From Hormiphora californensis (lineage: Eukaryota; Animalia; Ctenophora), in contig CM035352.1 of the NCBI GenBank assembly GCA_020137815.1, positions 930,001 to 994,000 on the forward strand: a stretch of DNA of 64,000 nucleotides, read 5' to 3'. Shown here one piece after another: positions 62,556 to 64,000 of the stretch (positions are counted from its first letter, which is position 1; each line of letters begins with the position of its first letter). A program made the translations under genes and the position numbers. The notes under the pieces are model-generated. The model did no database searches and was not told where the DNA came from. It worked only from the letters and a program-made list of their open reading frames with translations.

Positions 62556-64000
62556 ATGATTTTGAATTGCTTAAAAGACCGGTTTCGCTATGTTGGATTT
62601 ATGCTGACGATGATAACACTTTTCACAGATTTCTCTTCAAGGTACAGTTACAGTTACTGTAATAATAATACGTAAAATTACTAGTAATTTTACAAGTAAC
62701 ACTGAATTGTATCTGATTATGATAGGGATCCCTAAAAAAGTTCAGTATTTACACAGAGTTTACACAGTCTTTACTCAGTCGTTACACCCAGAGCGCCCGC
62801 GCCGCTCTGGGTGTAACGACTGCGTCTTTCGCACTCGATTTGCAGCGTTTTTGGAAACTTTCTTCGCCGCAGCGCTCAATTTTGTCAATTGTGCAGCACA
62901 CAATCCAATATTTTCTTGGAAAAAGCCACTGTGCGCAGCACGCGCCGCTCTGGGTGTAACGACTGAGTAAAGACTGTGTAAACTCTGTGTAAATACTGAA
63001 CTTTTTTAGGGATCCCTATATGATGATGATGTTGCTCACTTTTCAGATCAGCCATTACATTGACCATGATCGGTGGGATGGTAAAGAAAGACTGTGACGA
63101 TCCATCTGACGAGGGAGAGTTCTGTTGGTCAGAGGAAACCAAGGCTGCCATGATAGGAGCTTACTACTACGGCTATGTCTTTCAGTTTATTCCTGCTACC
63201 ATCGGTCGAAAATACGGTAATTAAACCTGGCACTGATTGGTAGCAACAATCACAAGATTGTTTCTTTTCAGGTTTCAACATCATGCTAAGGATAAACCTG
63301 GCAATATCCGCTATCGTTCAATTTACATGTCCATGGTCTGCAGCCTTATCACCGGCCCTAGCTATTGTACTCCAGGTAATGAAGTGTCAAGTGATCTTTA
63401 GAACTCTCGACCCCCACCTTAATTTCAGACTCATTTATTCTCCTCAATAGGCTGTGAGAGGGTTTTCCGCAGGAATTATCATGCCAAACACTCTGGATTT
63501 TGCGAGAATTTGGGGAATTGGATCAGAGGGCTCGGCTGTCATTTCTTTTATGGGTAACATACAAATTACTTACAGTTTACTGAATAATTTCAAAGCGATC
63601 CGCGATAACACTTTCAACTTATTTTAGGTGCTGCTATTATTCTCGGTTTAAATATTGGTCCCACGATTGGCGGGCTACTAACTATAACATTTGGCTGGCG
63701 ATACTACTTTGTGATCAATGGTTTACAGTACCTGATATTGTTTATTTTCTTCACTACTCTCATTCCCAGCGAACCTACCGAAGCAAGGTAATTGCCAATT
63801 GTTATAGAAAGCATCAATACAATAGGGTTTTATAGGCGACAGAGTTATTCGTAATGAGGAGTCAGTTTGTTAATGTTTCACTGACCCCTCAATATATATT
63901 ATATTGATCTACATCATAATATCATGACGTCATTAATTTCAGGTTCATGTCAGAAAAAGAAAAGGAGTTGTTCAGAAAGAAACAGGTCATGTTGAAGGAG
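62556..64000 (+). CDS. MFS transporter, SLC17/sialin-like (copy 2), runs off the window end
   Basis: Paralogous exons: SR|SAITLTMIGG, DCDDPSDEGEFCWSEETKAAMIGAYYYGY, LQ|AVRG, GWRYYFVING, PSEPTE. Confidence 0.85.
62723..63018. mobile_element. MITE (~296 bp, ~75-bp TIRs starting TAGGGATCCCTA) in intron 1 of SLC17 copy 2
   Basis: tagggatccctaaaaaagttcagtatttacacagag... and its exact reverse complement; tatga flanks both sides (62718-62722, 63019-63023). Confidence 0.85.

Overview
Eukaryotic (animal) genomic DNA with short GT-AG introns and patches of low-quality sequence; a ctenophore-like non-bilaterian origin is my inference, not verified. Left half: an alpha-mannosidase MAN2C1 gene (+, 4766-18453) whose introns hold an intact L2-type LINE with a 23-bp TSD, a near-perfect 0.94-kb hairpin transposon, an antisense nested sulfotransferase and a 2.5-kb foldback element built from 10-bp CGCCA repeats. 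Next come an SLC29/ENT transporter (-, with a 1.34-kb hairpin transposon in an intron) and a secreted pentraxin-like gene (-). Middle: an unknown coiled-coil gene, a C2H2 zinc-finger gene, a Tribbles-like pseudokinase, and an EGF/FN3 single-pass receptor lacking a phosphatase domain, head-to-head with a calmodulin-like gene. Right end, the main finding: four co-oriented minus-strand genes only 186-220 bp apart (DMC1, a putative IHO1/Mer2-like coiled-coil gene, a C18orf63/DUF4708 homologue, and a SOHLH/FIGLA-like bHLH). Each downstream gene has an apparently unpaired 3' splice acceptor 6-16 nt before its ATG. This is a candidate spliced-leader-resolved meiotic/germline operon. A tandem pair of SLC17 (sialin-like) genes follows. 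Protein-family calls come from motif recognition from memory; no database searches were run.
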